Assembly: GCF_004010195.1 (NCBI RefSeq)
Contig: NC_057758.1
Coordinates: 3,313,881-3,377,880, forward strand
DNA length: 64,000 bases
Direction: 5' to 3'
Source of the DNA: Chiloscyllium plagiosum
Lineage: Eukaryota
Shown here: one piece after another, positions 25,165 through 38,471 of the stretch
Position numbering within the stretch: the first letter of the stretch is position 1
How the letters are laid out: each line of letters opens with the position of its first letter
Notes under the pieces: generated by a model
Seen by the model: only the letters and a program-made list of their open reading frames with translations
Told to the model about the DNA's origin: nothing
Database searches by the model: none
Position numbers and translations under genes: made by a program

Positions 25165-28100
25165 CCATAGTTAGGTGGAGAGATAGCAGATTCTGTGGGA
25201 ATGAAAAGAGACTCGTGGTTGGTATGCTGTCTCCCACGTGCCAGGGTCCGTGATGTCTCAGACTGTGCTTTAAGGATCTGTAAAGGAGAGGGTGAGCAGC
25301 CCCAAGTCATTGTCCATGAAGGCACCAACTACATAGGTAGGAAAAGGGATGGGGAATTAAGGCAGAAATTCAGGCAGCGAGGGTGGAAGCTTGGAGCTGG
25401 AACAAGCAGAGTTGGTATCTCTGGTTTGTTACCCATGCCACGTGCTAGCAAAGCGAGCAAGAGGGAGAGAGAACAATTGAACATGTGGCCACAGGGATGA
25501 TGCAGGCGGGAGGGATTCAGCCACCTGGATAATTGGGCTGGTTCTGGGGTATGTGGAATCTCTACAAAAGGAATGGTCTACCAGAGGGGTATCAATATCC
25601 TTGGGGGAAAATTTGCTACTGCTCTTCGGGAGGGTTTGAACTAATGCACCAGGGAGGGTGGGAACCTGAATTGGAGCTGCAGTGTACAGGATGTTGAGAG
25701 TAATTAGGCCATGAATAACGTTTCAAGGTCGCAGGCGTGTACCGGCAGCCAGGAAGGTGGTTTGAAGTGTGCTACTTCAATGCCAGGAGCGTCCGGAATA
25801 AGGTGGGTGAACTTGCAGCATGGGCTGGAACTTCCAACTTGCGGCCATTTCGGAGACATGGATAGGAATGATTGTTGCAGGTTCCGGGGTTGAGATATTT
25901 CAGTAAGAACAGCAAAGGTGGTAAAAGAGAGGGAGGCGTGGCATTGTTAGTTAAGCATTGTATTACGGTGGCAGAAAGGACTCTTGATGAGAACTCGTCT
26001 ACTAAGGTAGTGTGGGCTGAGGTTGGAAACTGGAAAGGAGAGATCACCCTTTTGGGGGGTTTTCTGTAAGCCTCCGAATAGCTCCAGAGATGTAAAGAAA
26101 AGGATTGCAAAAATGATTGTGGATAGCAGCGAAAGTAACAGGCTCGTTGTTATGAGGACTTTAACTTTCCTAATATTGACTGGAAATGCTATCCTTAGAT
26201 GGGTCAGTTCTCATTCAATATGCGCAGGAGATTTACCTGACACAGTATGTAGATAGGCCAACAAAAGGTGAGGCCACATTGGATTTGGTATTGGGGAGTG
26301 AGCCGGGCCAGGTATTAGATTTGGAGTTAGGTGATCACTTTGGTGATAGTGACCACAATTCGGTTACTTGAGGGATGGAAAGAAATAGGTATACACGGCA
26401 GGACAAGAGTTATCGTGGAGGAAAGTCAATTATGTTGCGAATAGGTAAGATTTAGGATGCATACGATGGGGAAGGAAACTGCAGGGTATGGGCACAACTG
26501 AAAGGTGGAGCTAGTTCAAGGAACAGATACTGCGTGTCCTTGATAAGTATGTACCTGCCAGGCAGGGAGGAAGTTATTGAGAGAGGGAACTATGATTTAT
26601 GAAAGAAGATAATCGCATTTCAAGAGGAAGAAGGACTCTTATGTTAAGATGAGGCGTGAAAAATCAGTTAGAGCACTTGAGTGTTACAAGTTCCCCAGGG
26701 AATACCGAAAAAAGAGCTAAGAAAAACCAGAAGAGGGCTTGAGAAATCTTTGGCAGGTGGGATCAAGGAAAAGCCTAAAGCTTTTATTAGGCATGTAAGC
26801 AATGAAAGAATGACGAGTGTAAGAGTAGGCCCCATCAAGGACAGTCGTGGGATGTTGTGCATTGAGTCCAAAGAGATAAGAGAGGTGCTAAATGGATCTT
26901 TTGTCAGTATTCACACAGGTAAAAAAGACAATTTTGTCGAGGAGAATACTGAGATCTGGGATGTTAGGTAGACGGGATTGTGGTTTAAAGGAGGAGGTGT
27001 TAGCAATTCTGTAAAGTGTGAAAATGGATAAGCCAACTGTGCCGGATGGGAGTCATCCCAGAATTCGCTGGGAAGCCAGGGAGGAGATTGCAGATGCTTT
27101 GGCTTTAATCTTTATGCTGCCATTGTCTACAGGAATACTACCAGAAGGCTGGATGATCACAAATGTCCCCTTGTTCAAGAAGGGGAATAGCGATAACCAT
27201 GACAATGATGGACCTGTGAGCCTTACTTCGGTTGTGGGTAAAGCATTGGAAAGGATCTTAGGATATAGGATTTATAATCATCTCGAAAGGAATAAGTTGA
27301 TTCAGAATAGTTAACACGGTTTTGTGAGGGACCGTTCATGCCCCACAAACCTTATTAAATTCTTTGAGAAGGTGACCATACCAGTGGATGGGAGTAAACT
27401 GGTTGATGTGGTGCATATAGATTTCAGCAAAGTGTTTGATATGGTTCCCCACGGTCGATTATTGCACAAAATACAGAAGCATGGGATTGAAGGTGATTTA
27501 GCGATTTAGATCAGAAGCTGTCTGGCTGAAATAAGACACAGGGTGTTAGTTGATGGGAAATATTCATGCTGGAGTGGTGTTTCACAATGCTCTCTTTTGT
27601 GGCCACTACTGTTTGTCATTTTTATAAACAAAATGTTTGAGGGCGTAGAAGGATGCGTTAGTAAATTTATGGATGGCACAAATGTTGATGGAGTTGTGGA
27701 CAATGCAGAAGGATGCTGCAGGTTACAGAGGGACATAGGTAAGCTGCAGAGCTTGACTGTGCGTTGGCAAATGGAGTTTAATGCGGAAAAGTGTGAGGTG
27801 ATTCACTTTCGAAGGAGTAACAGGACTGGAGAGGACTGGGCTAATGGTAAGATTCGTGGTAATGTGGATAAGCCGGGGAATCTTAGTGTCCATGTGCATA
27901 GGTCTCTGAAAGTTACCACCCAGATTGATATGGTTATCAAGAAGGCATGCGGCCTGTTAACTTTTATTGGTAGAGGGATTGAGTCTCGAAGCCATGAGGT
28001 CATGTTGAAGCTGTACAAAACTCTGGTGTGGCCGCACTTGGAATATTGTGTACAGTTCTGGTTGCCGCATTATAGGAAGGATGTGAAAGCATTGGAAAAG

Positions 28101-28545
28101 ATGCAAAGGGGATTTACCAGGATGATGCCTAGCATGGAGGAAAGTGTGAGGAAAAGCGGAGGGACTTGAAATTGTTTTCTTTAGAGAGAAGAAGGTTAAG
28201 AGGTGACTTAATAGAGGCAAACATGATCAGAGGATTACATAGGGTAAACAGCGAGAGCTTTTTTTTCCTTGGATAGTGATGGCTAGCAGGAGGGATCATA
28301 ACCTGAAATTGAGGGGTGATCGATACAGGACAGATGTCAGAATTAGGTTCTTTACTCATAGAGTACTAAGGCATGGAATGCCTTGCCTGAAATAGTAGTA
28401 GACTCGCCAACTTTAAGGGCATTTAGATGGACATTGGATACATACATGGATGAACATGGAATAATGGAAGTGAGGTGAGCTTCAGATTAGTTTCACAGGT
28501 CGAGGGCCAAAGGGCTTGCACTGCACTGTGTTCTGTTTTCTAACA
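25165..28545 (+). mobile_element. Near full-length decayed CR1 LINE (ORF1 SGNH-esterase remnant, APE endonuclease, RT, 3' UTR)
   Basis: VCCLPRARVRDV...VIVHEGTNYIGR...ISGLLP (esterase-type ORF1), LDLVLGSE...GDSDHNSV, DFSKVFDMVPH, HLEYCVQFWLPHY; multiple stops. Confidence 0.9.
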
Positions 28546-28549
28546 GGCA

Positions 28550-31480
28550 GTAAGATGCTTGGGGTCTGTAATACCCAAAGTATAGTGAGGTTAGTCTGCT
28601 CCATTCTCGGAGTCAGTGAAGCACTGACAATTGGTTCAGGCTGCTCTATCCCCAGGGCCTGACATAGTTGCATCTTTCCGCTCTCCCCACGGGGTCAGTG
28701 ATCCACATGCAATGGGTTCATTTGGCTTGCTCTTCAGGATCAATTAAACATGCACATTGGTGTCAGTCTACCCTCTCACTGGTGTCAGTCTTACGCATGT
28801 GGTGGGGTCTTTCTGAACTCTCGTCCTGATCAGTTGTATCTACGCAGTGCTGTTAGTCTGTACTTTCACCTGTGTCAGTAATACACACAGAGTGAGTTTT
28901 TTTTTCTGATGTCTCTCCAGGGTCAGTAATACACAGGTACAAGGGTCAGTCTACTCTCTGTCCAAGATTATTGATACACTCACAGTTGGGGCAGTCTACT
29001 TTCTCCCTGGAATAGTTGACAGTCTGCTTTCTCCCCTGGGTCAATGATACACACTCAATAGGCTTCATCTCACCTCTCCATGGGGTCAGTGATACTCACA
29101 CAATGATGCCAGTCTGCTCTCCCCAGCATCAGTGATACACAGAGTTTGGTCTGCCTGCTTTCTTCCCAAGGTCAGCGACATCTACACATGGCAGTCAGTG
29201 TGCTGTCTCCTCTGAGTCAATGATAAAGACGCAATTGATTCAGCCTGTTCTCTCCTGGTGTCACACACAGTGGGTTCACCCTACTGTCTGCCTGGGGTCA
29301 GTGATACACGCCCAGTGGGCTCATTCTGCTCTCTCCTAGGGCGTCAATGATAAACACACAGTGGGGTCACTCTACTCTCTGTCTGGGGACAGATAAGTAC
29401 AAACACTCGGGTCAGTTTGCTCTCGAAAGGGGACAGTTGCACACACCAATTAGTGTTAGTCTGTCCTCTTCTCGGGGATCAATCATACATACACAGTGGG
29501 GTCAGTCCGCTCTATCCCTGGATCAGAGGTACATAAATATCACAATGGGGTCATTGTGCTCTGTCTCCAAAGTCAGTGATATACACACAGAGGGGTGAGA
29601 CTGCTCTCTCCCTGGGATCAGTGGTTGGGTAAGTCTGGTTTCTCCACTTAGTCAAAATACACACACAGATGCCTTCAGACAGGCCTCTCCCTGGGGTTAC
29701 TAACACACACAGGGGATTCAGTCTATTTTTTTCCCTGGGGTCCGAGATCCAGACTTGGGGTCACCAGTCTGGTCTCACCACCGGGTCAGTAATGCACACA
29801 CAGAGGGGTCAGTCTGCTATCTCCACGTAGACCATTATGTGCACGCAGTGGGCTAAGTCTGCACTCGCCCCAAGGTCAGTGATCCACACACAAAAGGGTC
29901 AGTCTGCTCTCTCCACAGGATCAGTGACACACACGCAGTGGTGTCAGTCAGCTCTGCCCCCACGGTTAGCGACGCACACGCAGTTGGGGTCAATTACATA
30001 CAAACAGTGGGGTCAATCTGCTCTTTCCTTGGGGTCAGTGAAAAACACACAGTGGGAACGCTCTACTGTCTGTCCGGGTACAGTGATGTCCAAACATTCG
30101 GGTCCGGGAGTTCTCATCAGGGGACAAAGTAGCATCAGTCTGCTCTCTTCCCAGAGTCTGTGATAAACACACAATGTGGTCAGTTCGCCCTGTCCCCGGG
30201 GTCAATGAACCAAACTCAGTGGAGTCATTCCACTCTCTCCCCGGGGTCAATGATGCATAATTATTGGGGTAAATGTGCTTTAGCCCTGAGTCAGTGATAT
30301 GCAGACAGGGGTGAGACTGCTCTCTCCCTGAGATCAGCGATACATTCACAGTTGGGTCAGTCTGTTCACTCCCTTGGTCAAGATACACACAAAGTGCCTT
30401 CTCACTGTTCTCTCCCCAGAGTTAGTGACACACAGACTATGGTTTCAGTCTATTTCACCCCGAGGTCAGAGATCAGTCTGCTCTCTCCACAGTGTCTGTA
30501 ATACACACACAGTGCGTTTAGTCTGCACTTGCCCCAGGGTCAGTTATGCGTGCACAGAGGGATCAGCTCACTCTCCCCACGAGATCTGTGACACACACAA
30601 ACACAATAGGGTCCATTAGCTCTCTCCCCGGGGGAGAGCACCACGCAAACAATGGGGTTAATCTGCTCTCTCGCTGGTGTCAGGCACACTCACAAAGTGG
30701 GGTCTGTCTGCTGTCTCCCAGGAGTCAAAGTATACACACATATATAAGGTTCAGTCTGCTATCTCCGCAGTTCAGTGATACTCGCCAGAGACAGTCACAT
30801 GCCAACAAAGGCGTCAGATTGCTTTCTCCCCAAAGTCGACAAGAAACATACAAGTTGGGTCAGTATGATCTGTCTTCGGAGCCAGTGATGTACACATAGT
30901 GCGTTATGTATGCATGTTTCGCAGAGAGAGTGATGCACACACAGATGGGTCAGTATGTTCTGCGCAGTGGGGTCTCTCTCTCTCTCTCTCTCTAAGTTTA
31001 GTGACATGCGCAGTGGGGTCCGTCTGCTCTCTCCACAGAGTCTGTGATGCACACAATGTGGAGTTAGTGTTTTCACTCACCGGGATCAAGACAAATGCAC
31101 ACACAGGGGTCAGTCTACTCTTTCCAGGTTCACGGATACCAAAAACAGTCGGGTCAGTCTGCTCTGTCACTGGAGTCATTGATACATGCACAAGGGAGTC
31201 GGTCTGCTTTCTCCCAAGAGGCAGTGAGAAAAATACAATGGGGTCAGTATGCTCTCTCCTCAGGGTGAGTGATGCACGCACATGGTGCATGGCTGCTCTC
31301 ACCTCCAAGCTGGTGATGCATTCACAGTGATGTCAGGGAGACTGATAGACACACAGTCTGGTCAGTCAGCTGTCTCCCCAGGCTTGGGGATGCACATACA
31401 GTAGGGACAGTCTGCTGTTGCCCAGGGCGAGTGGTATACAGACAAAATGGGTTGGTTCTCTCCCTCCCTGGGGTGAAAAT
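28550..31480 (+). repeat. Degenerate ~45-bp minisatellite array, right arm
   Basis: Same unit and orientation as 22975-25165; dozens of copies. Confidence 0.88.
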
Positions 31481-31734
31481 ACACGTATAGTGATAACAGT
31501 CAGCAAGATGTCTAAGGTCAATAATACTCTCAAAACGTGTGAACAGATTTGCACAGCCTCAAATAGATTTGATGTACGAAAGATCCCAGCAGGTTTAAAC
31601 AGACCTGGTCAACCACCCGATGAAGGGCCAGTGCATGGAAAGCTAGTGCTTCATATAAACCTGTTGGTCTACAACCTGGTGTTGTGTGATTTTTTAACTT
31701 TATTTACCTGTGTGAGTAAGAGTTACCTCAGTAG

Positions 31735-33700
31735 AGTCATAGAGTCAAAAATAACAGCATGGAAACAGACCCTTCAGTCCAACCCGTCCATGCCGACCAG
31801 ATATCCCAACCCAATCTAGTCCAACCTGCCAGCACCTGGTCCATATCCCTCCAAGCCCTTCCTATTCATACATCCATCCAAATGCCTTTTAAATGTTGCA
31901 ATTGTACCAGCCTCTACCACTTCCTCTGACAGGTCATTCCATGCACATACCACCCTCTGTGTGAAACAGTTGCCCCTTAGGTCTCTTTTATATCTTTCCC
32001 CTCTCAACCTAAACATGTGCCCTCTAGTTCTGGACTCCCCCACCACAAGGAAAAGACTATGTCTATTTATCGTATCCGTACCCCTCATGATTTTTAACCT
32101 CTATAAGGTCACCCCTCAACCTCCGACGCTCCAGGAAAACAGCCCCAGCCTCTTCAGCCTCTCCCTATATCTCAAATCCTCCAACCCTGGTAACATCCTT
32201 GTAAATCTTTTCTGAACCCTTTCAAGTTTCAGAACATCTTTCCGATAGAAAGGAGACCAGAATTGCACACAATATTCCAACAGTGGCCTAACTAATGTCC
32301 TGTACAGTTGCAACATGACCTCTCAATTCCTGTAGTCAATACTGTGACCAATGAAAGAAAGCATACCAAACGCCATCTTCATATCCTATCTACCTGCGAC
32401 TCCACTTTCAAGGAGCTATGAACCTGCACTCCAAGGTCTCTTTGTCCAGCAACACTCCCTAGGGCCTTACCATTAAGTGTATAAGTCCTGCTAAGATTTG
32501 TATTCCCAAGATGCAGCACCTCACATTTATCTGAATTAAACTTCATCTTCAACTGCACCTCCAACTTTGATGTCATCAGCAAACTTACTAACTGTACCTC
32601 TTATGCTCACATCCAAATCATTTATGTAAATGACAAAAACGCAGAGGACCCGACACCAATTCTTGTGGCACTCCACTGGACACAGGCCTACAGTCTGAAA
32701 AACAATCCTCCAGCACCATTCTCTGTCTTCTTCCTTTGCGTCATGTCTGTATCCAAATGGCTAGTTCTCCTTGTATTCCATGAGATCTATACTTGCAAAC
32801 AAGTCTCCCATGGGCAACCTTGTCGAACGCCTTACTAAAGTCCATATGGATCACATCAACCGCTCTGTCCTCATCAATCCTCTTTGTTACTTCTTCAAAA
32901 AACTCAATCAAGTTTATGAGACGTGACTCCCACACACAAAGCCATGGTGACTATCTCTAATTAGTCCTTGCCTTTCCAAATACATATACATCCTGTCCCT
33001 TAGGATTCCCTCCAACAATTTGCCCACCACCGACGTCAGGCTCACTGGTCTATAGTCCCCTGGCTTGTACTTACCACCCTTCTAAAACAGTGGCACTACG
33101 ATAGCCAACCTCCAGTCTTCTGGCACCTCACCTGTAGTTATCAATGATGCAAATATCTCAGCAACATTTCTATGCACATTGAATGAACTGCCAGCAGACG
33201 TGGTTGAGGTCGCTCCATGTGAGAAACAAAAGCTCACTCACTTTAATAATTTCAGTCCGAGACAAATATCTGAATAACAGCTTCTTTTTTATTTATACAC
33301 CAGTGTAAGGTGAAGGGGTAAGTGTAGGGGTATGGGTGGGTTGCGCTTCGGTGGGTCGGTGTGGACTTGTTGGGCTGAAGGGCCTGTTTCCACACTGTGA
33401 GTAATCTAATCTAATCTAATTTATCCAACATTATGTGTTTCAAGACATCCAGCACTTCCTCCTCTGTAATATGGACATTTTGCAAGTTGTCACCATCTAT
33501 TTCTTACATTCTGTATCTTCCATACCCTTTTCCACAGTAAATACTGATGCAAAATACTTGTTTAGTATCTCCCCCATTTTCTGAAGCTCCACACCAATGC
33601 CGCCTTGCTGATCTTTGTGGGGCCCTATTCTCCCCCTCGTTAACCTTTTGTCCTTAATGTATTTGTAAAACCCCTTTGGATTCTCCTTACTTCTATTTAC
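31735..33700 (-). mobile_element. HER1/CR1 LINE RT fragments, interrupted (partial SINE at ~33304-33420)
   Basis: Minus ORFs NLIEFFEEVTKRIDE..DFSKAFDKV, LEYCVQFWSP and KENPKGFYKYIK. Confidence 0.85.
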
Positions 33701-33945
33701 CAAGAACAGGAGAGAAGATAAAGAAGTTAATACGGGAGATACGAGCACTAGACAGTCTGTAATACGGAATATAGAGCATGACAGTGCAGTACAGGTACTT
33801 CGTCCCTCGATGTTGTGCTGATCTGTGGAACCAATCTGAAGCCCATCAAAACTACGCTATTCCTTTCGCGTTTGTATGTCTATCCAATGACCATTTAAAT
33901 GTCCTACATCTCTCCTATATATATCAGCCCTCAATTTAAAGATAT

Positions 33946-34270
33946 GTGGCACAGTGGTTAGCGCTGTTGCCTCACAGCGCCAGAGACCCGGGTTCAATTC
34001 CCGCCTCAGGCGACTGACTGTGTGGAGTTTGCACGTTCTCCCCATGTCTGCGTGGGTTTCCTCTGGGTGCTCCGGTTTCCTCCCACAGTCCAAAGATGTG
34101 CAGGTCAGGTGAATTGGCCATGCTAAATTGCCCGTAGTGTTGGGTATAGGGGTAAATGTAGGGGTATGGGTGGGTTGCGCTTCAGCGGGTCGGTGTGGAC
34201 TTGTTGGGCCGAAGGGCCTGTTTCCACACTGTAATGTAATGTAATGTAATGTAATCTAATCTAATCTAAT
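33946..34270 (+). mobile_element. HE1-like V-SINE
   Basis: A/B boxes, V-domain, (AATGT)n(AATCT)n tail. Confidence 0.9.
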
Positions 34271-34887
34271 GTCTGTTGTGCTAACCATCACCCTCTGAAA
34301 AGAAAAGGCTCTCACTGTCCACCTTATCTAACCCTCTGCTTAATGATATGTCCTAATTAAGACCTCTCAATCTTCTTCTCTGACGAAACCAGCCTCAAGT
34401 CCCTCAACCTTTCCTCATAAAACCTTTCCTCCATACCAGACAACATCCTTGGAAATCTCATCTGAACGCTTTCCAAAGCTCGCATATTCTTCCTGTAGTG
34501 CTGTGATCAGGACTGTACATAATTCTCCAATTGAGCTGCACCAGAGTTTTGTACAACTGCAGCATGACACCATGGTTCCAAAACACAATTCCCCTACCAA
34601 TAAAAGCTATCAACCCTTAATTTAACAACCCTATCAACCTGGGTGACAACTTTCAGAGATCTGTCCACGTGGACACCGAGATAGTTCTGCTCATCCACAC
34701 GAACAAGATTCTTGCCATTACCCCGGTACTCTGCATTCCTGTTACTCCTTCCAAAAGGGATCACCTCACACTTTTGTGCATTAAACTCCATTTGCCACCT
34801 CTCAGCACAGCCCTGCAGCTTATCTATGTCCCTCTGTAACCAGCAACATCCTTCGGCTCTATCCACAACTTCACCATAAATTTCCTA

Positions 34888-35011
34888 GTAAAAACAATGA
34901 CTGCAGATGCTGGAAACTAGATTCTGGACTAGACGTGCTGGAAAAACACAGCATTTCAGGCAGCATCCTCGGATGCTGCCTGAACTGCTGCGCTTTTCCA
35001 GCACCTCTAAT
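34888..35011. mobile_element. Small fold-back PLE derivative with 14-bp TSD
   Basis: CCATAAATTTCCTA at 34874-34887 and 35012-35025; inverted arms centred on GCAGCATCC-TC-GGATGCTGC. Confidence 0.8.
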
Positions 35012-35591
35012 CCATAAATTTCCTAACCCATCCTTCTATGCTCTCATCCAGATCATTTTAATAAATGACAAACAATTGTTGATCCAAAGCAGATCCTTGT
35101 GATACATCACTAGCAACTGAACTCCAGGATGAATATTTCCTATCAACTACCACCCATTGTCTTCTTTCAGCTGGCCAATCTCTGATCCAAACCACTAAAT
35201 CACCCTCAATCGCATGCCTCAGTAGTTTGTGCAATAGCCTCCCGTGGTGAACCTTAAAAAACGCCTTACTGAAATCCATATACACCACATCAACCACGTT
35301 ACCCACATCCACCTGTCTGGTCACCTTCTCAAAGAACTCAATAGGTTTTGCGAGGCACGACCTACCCTTCACAAAATCGTGTTGACTATCCCTAACCAAC
35401 TTATTCCTTTCCAGATCATTATGAATTCTTTCTCTTATAACCTTTTCCAACACTTGACCCACAACTGAAGGAAGGCTCACAGGTCTAGAATTTCCAGGGT
35501 TGTATCTACTCCCCTGCTTGAACAACAGAAAAAAGTTTGCTATCCTTCAGTCTACTGATACTTTTCCTGTCAACAGTGACGACATAAAGAT

Positions 35592-37255
35592 CCCGAATGG
35601 ATTACGGATCACAAACCCACTTAGGTCGACCTACAACACAGACTACGCAGAGAGACTTTGCCACCGCACCTCTCGTAAACTTCTCAATCATCTCGTGCAC
35701 CAACTCTACAGCAGGCCAAAAACTGGAGACGCTGGGCATTCTCACCAATAATAGCAAAGCCCGCCCTGGAACCACAGTAGACAACATTATCACTGTGGGG
35801 AAGTCTATTGTCAACTTATCGGACCACACCCTTCGACCGGAAGAGATTGAAGTCCTGAGTAGGGGTCTCAACTTCTGCCCCACCACCAAAATGGGCCCGT
35901 TGGATCTGGCAGCAGTCAGAGGAGTTCATCAGATGTATGAGACTCCGGGAATTCTTTCAAGGTGCCGGCATTGATCCCACTGATGAACTAGAACAGTCAT
36001 CACAGGGATCTGTAGAGGAGCGACCAAAGAAGGTGTCAACATGGACCCCACCGGAGGGCCGGAGTTCATCAGACGAATGAGACTCCGGGAATTCTTTCAA
36101 AGTGCCAGCAGTGATCCCACTGAGTCCACTGATGAACTAGAACAGTCATCACAGGAATCTGTAGAGGAGCGACCAAAGAAGGTGTCAACATGGACCCCAC
36201 CGGAAGGCCGCTGCCCTGGGCTTGACATGTATGCTCAAACTGTCAGGAAATATATAAATGCCAGATTCATCAGCCACACCCACAAGGTAGAGCAAAACAT
36301 CACCCGTTCACAACGCAATGCCATCCAGGCTCTCAAAACCAATGACAACATTGTCATCAAACCAGCAGATAAAGGAGGAGCCATTGTCATTCAGAATAGA
36401 ACAGATTACTGCAGGTAAGTGTACTGACAACTGAACAGCCAGGAACACTACAGGCAACTACCAGCTGATCCGACCAGAGAACACACCCATGAATTAAACA
36501 CACTGATCAGAACTTTGGATCCAATCCTTCAGAGTTCCCTACGCGCCCTCATCCGAAACTCAGCACCCGCGGGCCAGTCGAACCGGGAACGTTCCTCGTC
36601 ACAATGGATGTTTCCGCACTCTACACCAGCATCCCCCACAATGATGGCATCGCGGCAACTGCCAGTCTCCAAACACCATCCTATAACTCATCCGCTTTAT
36701 CCTCGATCATAATGTCTTCACCTTTGACAACCAATTCTTCATCCAGACACACGGAACAATCATGGGGACCAAATTTGCACCCCAATATGCCAACATTTTT
36801 ATGCACAGGTTCGAACAAGATTTCTTCTCTATGCAGGATCTCCAACCGACATTGTACACCAGGTACATTGATGACATTTTCTTCCTCTGGACCCATGGCG
36901 AGGAGTCACTGATAAAACTACACAGTGACATCAACAATTTTCATCCCACCATCAAACTCACCATGGACTACTCTCGACTGTCTGTCTCATTCTTGGACAC
37001 GTGCGTCTCCCTCAAGGACGGACACCTCAGCACCACACTCTACCGCAAACCCACAGACAACCTCACAATGCTACACTTCTCCATCTTCCACCCAAAACAT
37101 ATTAAAACAGCCATTCCCTATGGACAAGCCCTACGCATACACCAGAAACAAAAAAAAACACAATCACCTGATGAAGGAGCATCGCTCCGAAAGCTAGTGT
37201 GCTTCCAATTAAACCTGTTGGACTATAACCTGGTGTTGTGTGATTTTTAACTCTT
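35592..37255 (+). mobile_element. Penelope-like retroelement, internally deleted (RT pseudogene plus hammerhead-bearing tail)
   Basis: PLE motifs IVNLSD...VLSRGLNFCP, IVIKPADKGGAIVI, MDVSALYTSIPH, GTKFAPQYANIFM, YTRYIDDIFFLW, FLD, LYRKPTD; frameshifts; tail with hammerhead at 37165-37199. Confidence 0.92.
37165..37199 (+). ncRNA. Minimal type I hammerhead ribozyme motif, AGCU family, intact core
   Basis: CAC-CTGATGA-A-GGAGC-ATC-GCTCC-GAAAG-CTA-GTG: helix I CAC/GTG, helix II GGAGC/GCTCC, palindromic AGCT helix III, predicted cleavage after CUA. Confidence 0.7.
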
Positions 37256-37773
37256 TAGTAAACAACAGCTCCCGCGCTCGACAATTTCTTCCCTGCCTGA
37301 CCAATACATAGTTATCAAGTAGCTGGTCCTTGAATAAACTCCACATTTCAATTGCGCACATCCCCTGAAGGTTCCTTTCCCACCCTATGCATCCTAATTA
37401 CATGGCAATTGCCTTCCCCCCAGCTATAACTCTAGCCCTGCGGCATATACCAATCCCATTCCATCACTAAAGTAAACATAACCGAATTATGGTCACCTAC
37501 CTCCAAATCTAACACCTGGTCCGGTTCACTACCCAGTACCAATGTTACCTCGCCCTTTGTTGGCCTATCTACATACATACATAGACTACACCTCCTCCCA
37601 CCCTGCCCCCTGTAAAAATGCAATTCCATATTCCCAATTCCTTCGTCTCTGCCGCATCTGCTCCCAGGAGGACCAGTTCCAATACCGAACAACCCAGATG
37701 GCCTCCTTCTTCAAAGACCGCAATTTCCCCCCAGACGTGATCAACGATGCTCTCCACCGCATCTCCTCCACTT

Positions 37774-38422
37774 NNNNNNNNNNNNNNNNNNNNNNNNNNN
37801 NNNNNNNNNNNNNNNNNNNNNNNNNNNNNNNNNNNNNNNNNNNNNNNNNNNNNNNNNNNNNNNNNNNNNNNNNNNNNNNNNNNNNNNNNNNNNNNNNNNN
37901 NNNNNNNNNNNNNNNNNNNNNNNNNNNNNNNNNNNNNNNNNNNNNNNNNNNNNNNNNNNNNNNNNNNNNNNNNNNNNNNNNNNNNNNNNNNNNNNNNNNN
38001 NNNNNNNNNNNNNNNNNNNNNNNNNNNNNNNNNNNNNNNNNNNNNNNNNNNNNNNNNNNNNNNNNNNNNNNNNNNNNNNNNNNNNNNNNNNNNNNNNNNN
38101 NNNNNNNNNNNNNNNNNNNNNNNNNNNNNNNNNNNNNNNNNNNNNNNNNNNNNNNNNNNNNNNNNNNNNNNNNNNNNNNNNNNNNNNNNNNNNNNNNNNN
38201 NNNNNNNNNNNNNNNNNNNNNNNNNNNNNNNNNNNNNNNNNNNNNNNNNNNNNNNNNNNNNNNNNNNNNNNNNNNNNNNNNNNNNNNNNNNNNNNNNNNN
38301 NNNNNNNNNNNNNNNNNNNNNNNNNNNNNNNNNNNNNNNNNNNNNNNNNNNNNNNNNNNNNNNNNNNNNNNNNNNNNNNNNNNNNNNNNNNNNNNNNNNN
38401 NNNNNNNNNNNNNNNNNNNNNN
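37774..38422. other. Assembly gap (N run)
   Basis: Run of n. Confidence 1.
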
Positions 38423-38471
38423 AGTCCCTCCTCCCTACCTTTTATCTTAGCCTGCTGGGCACACTTTCCTC

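Larger units (their letters stand above)
22975..25165 (+). repeat. Degenerate ~45-bp minisatellite array, left arm
   Basis: Recurrent unit close to CAGTGATACACACACAGTGGGGTCAGTCTGCTCTCTCCCCGGGGT; interrupted by several PLE-derived inserts. Confidence 0.85.
33770..35590 (-). mobile_element. CR1 LINE RT and 3' end; the same element appears to continue at 37265-37576 and 38565-38880
   Basis: ORF 35058..35525 (RPVSLPSVVG...YMDFSKAF) and ORF 34594..34866; hosts a SINE and PLE inserts. Confidence 0.85.

Noticed and set aside
22975..31480. Many CACAGTG heptamers suggesting V(D)J recombination signal sequences
   Set aside because: They are part of the satellite monomer. I saw no ACAAAAACC-like nonamer at 12/23 spacing (the nearest, at 24063, is ~37 bp from a heptamer) and no Ig/TCR segments.
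28550..31480. CRISPR-like periodicity
   Set aside because: Eukaryotic context, degenerate whole-unit repeats without unique spacers, and no cas genes.
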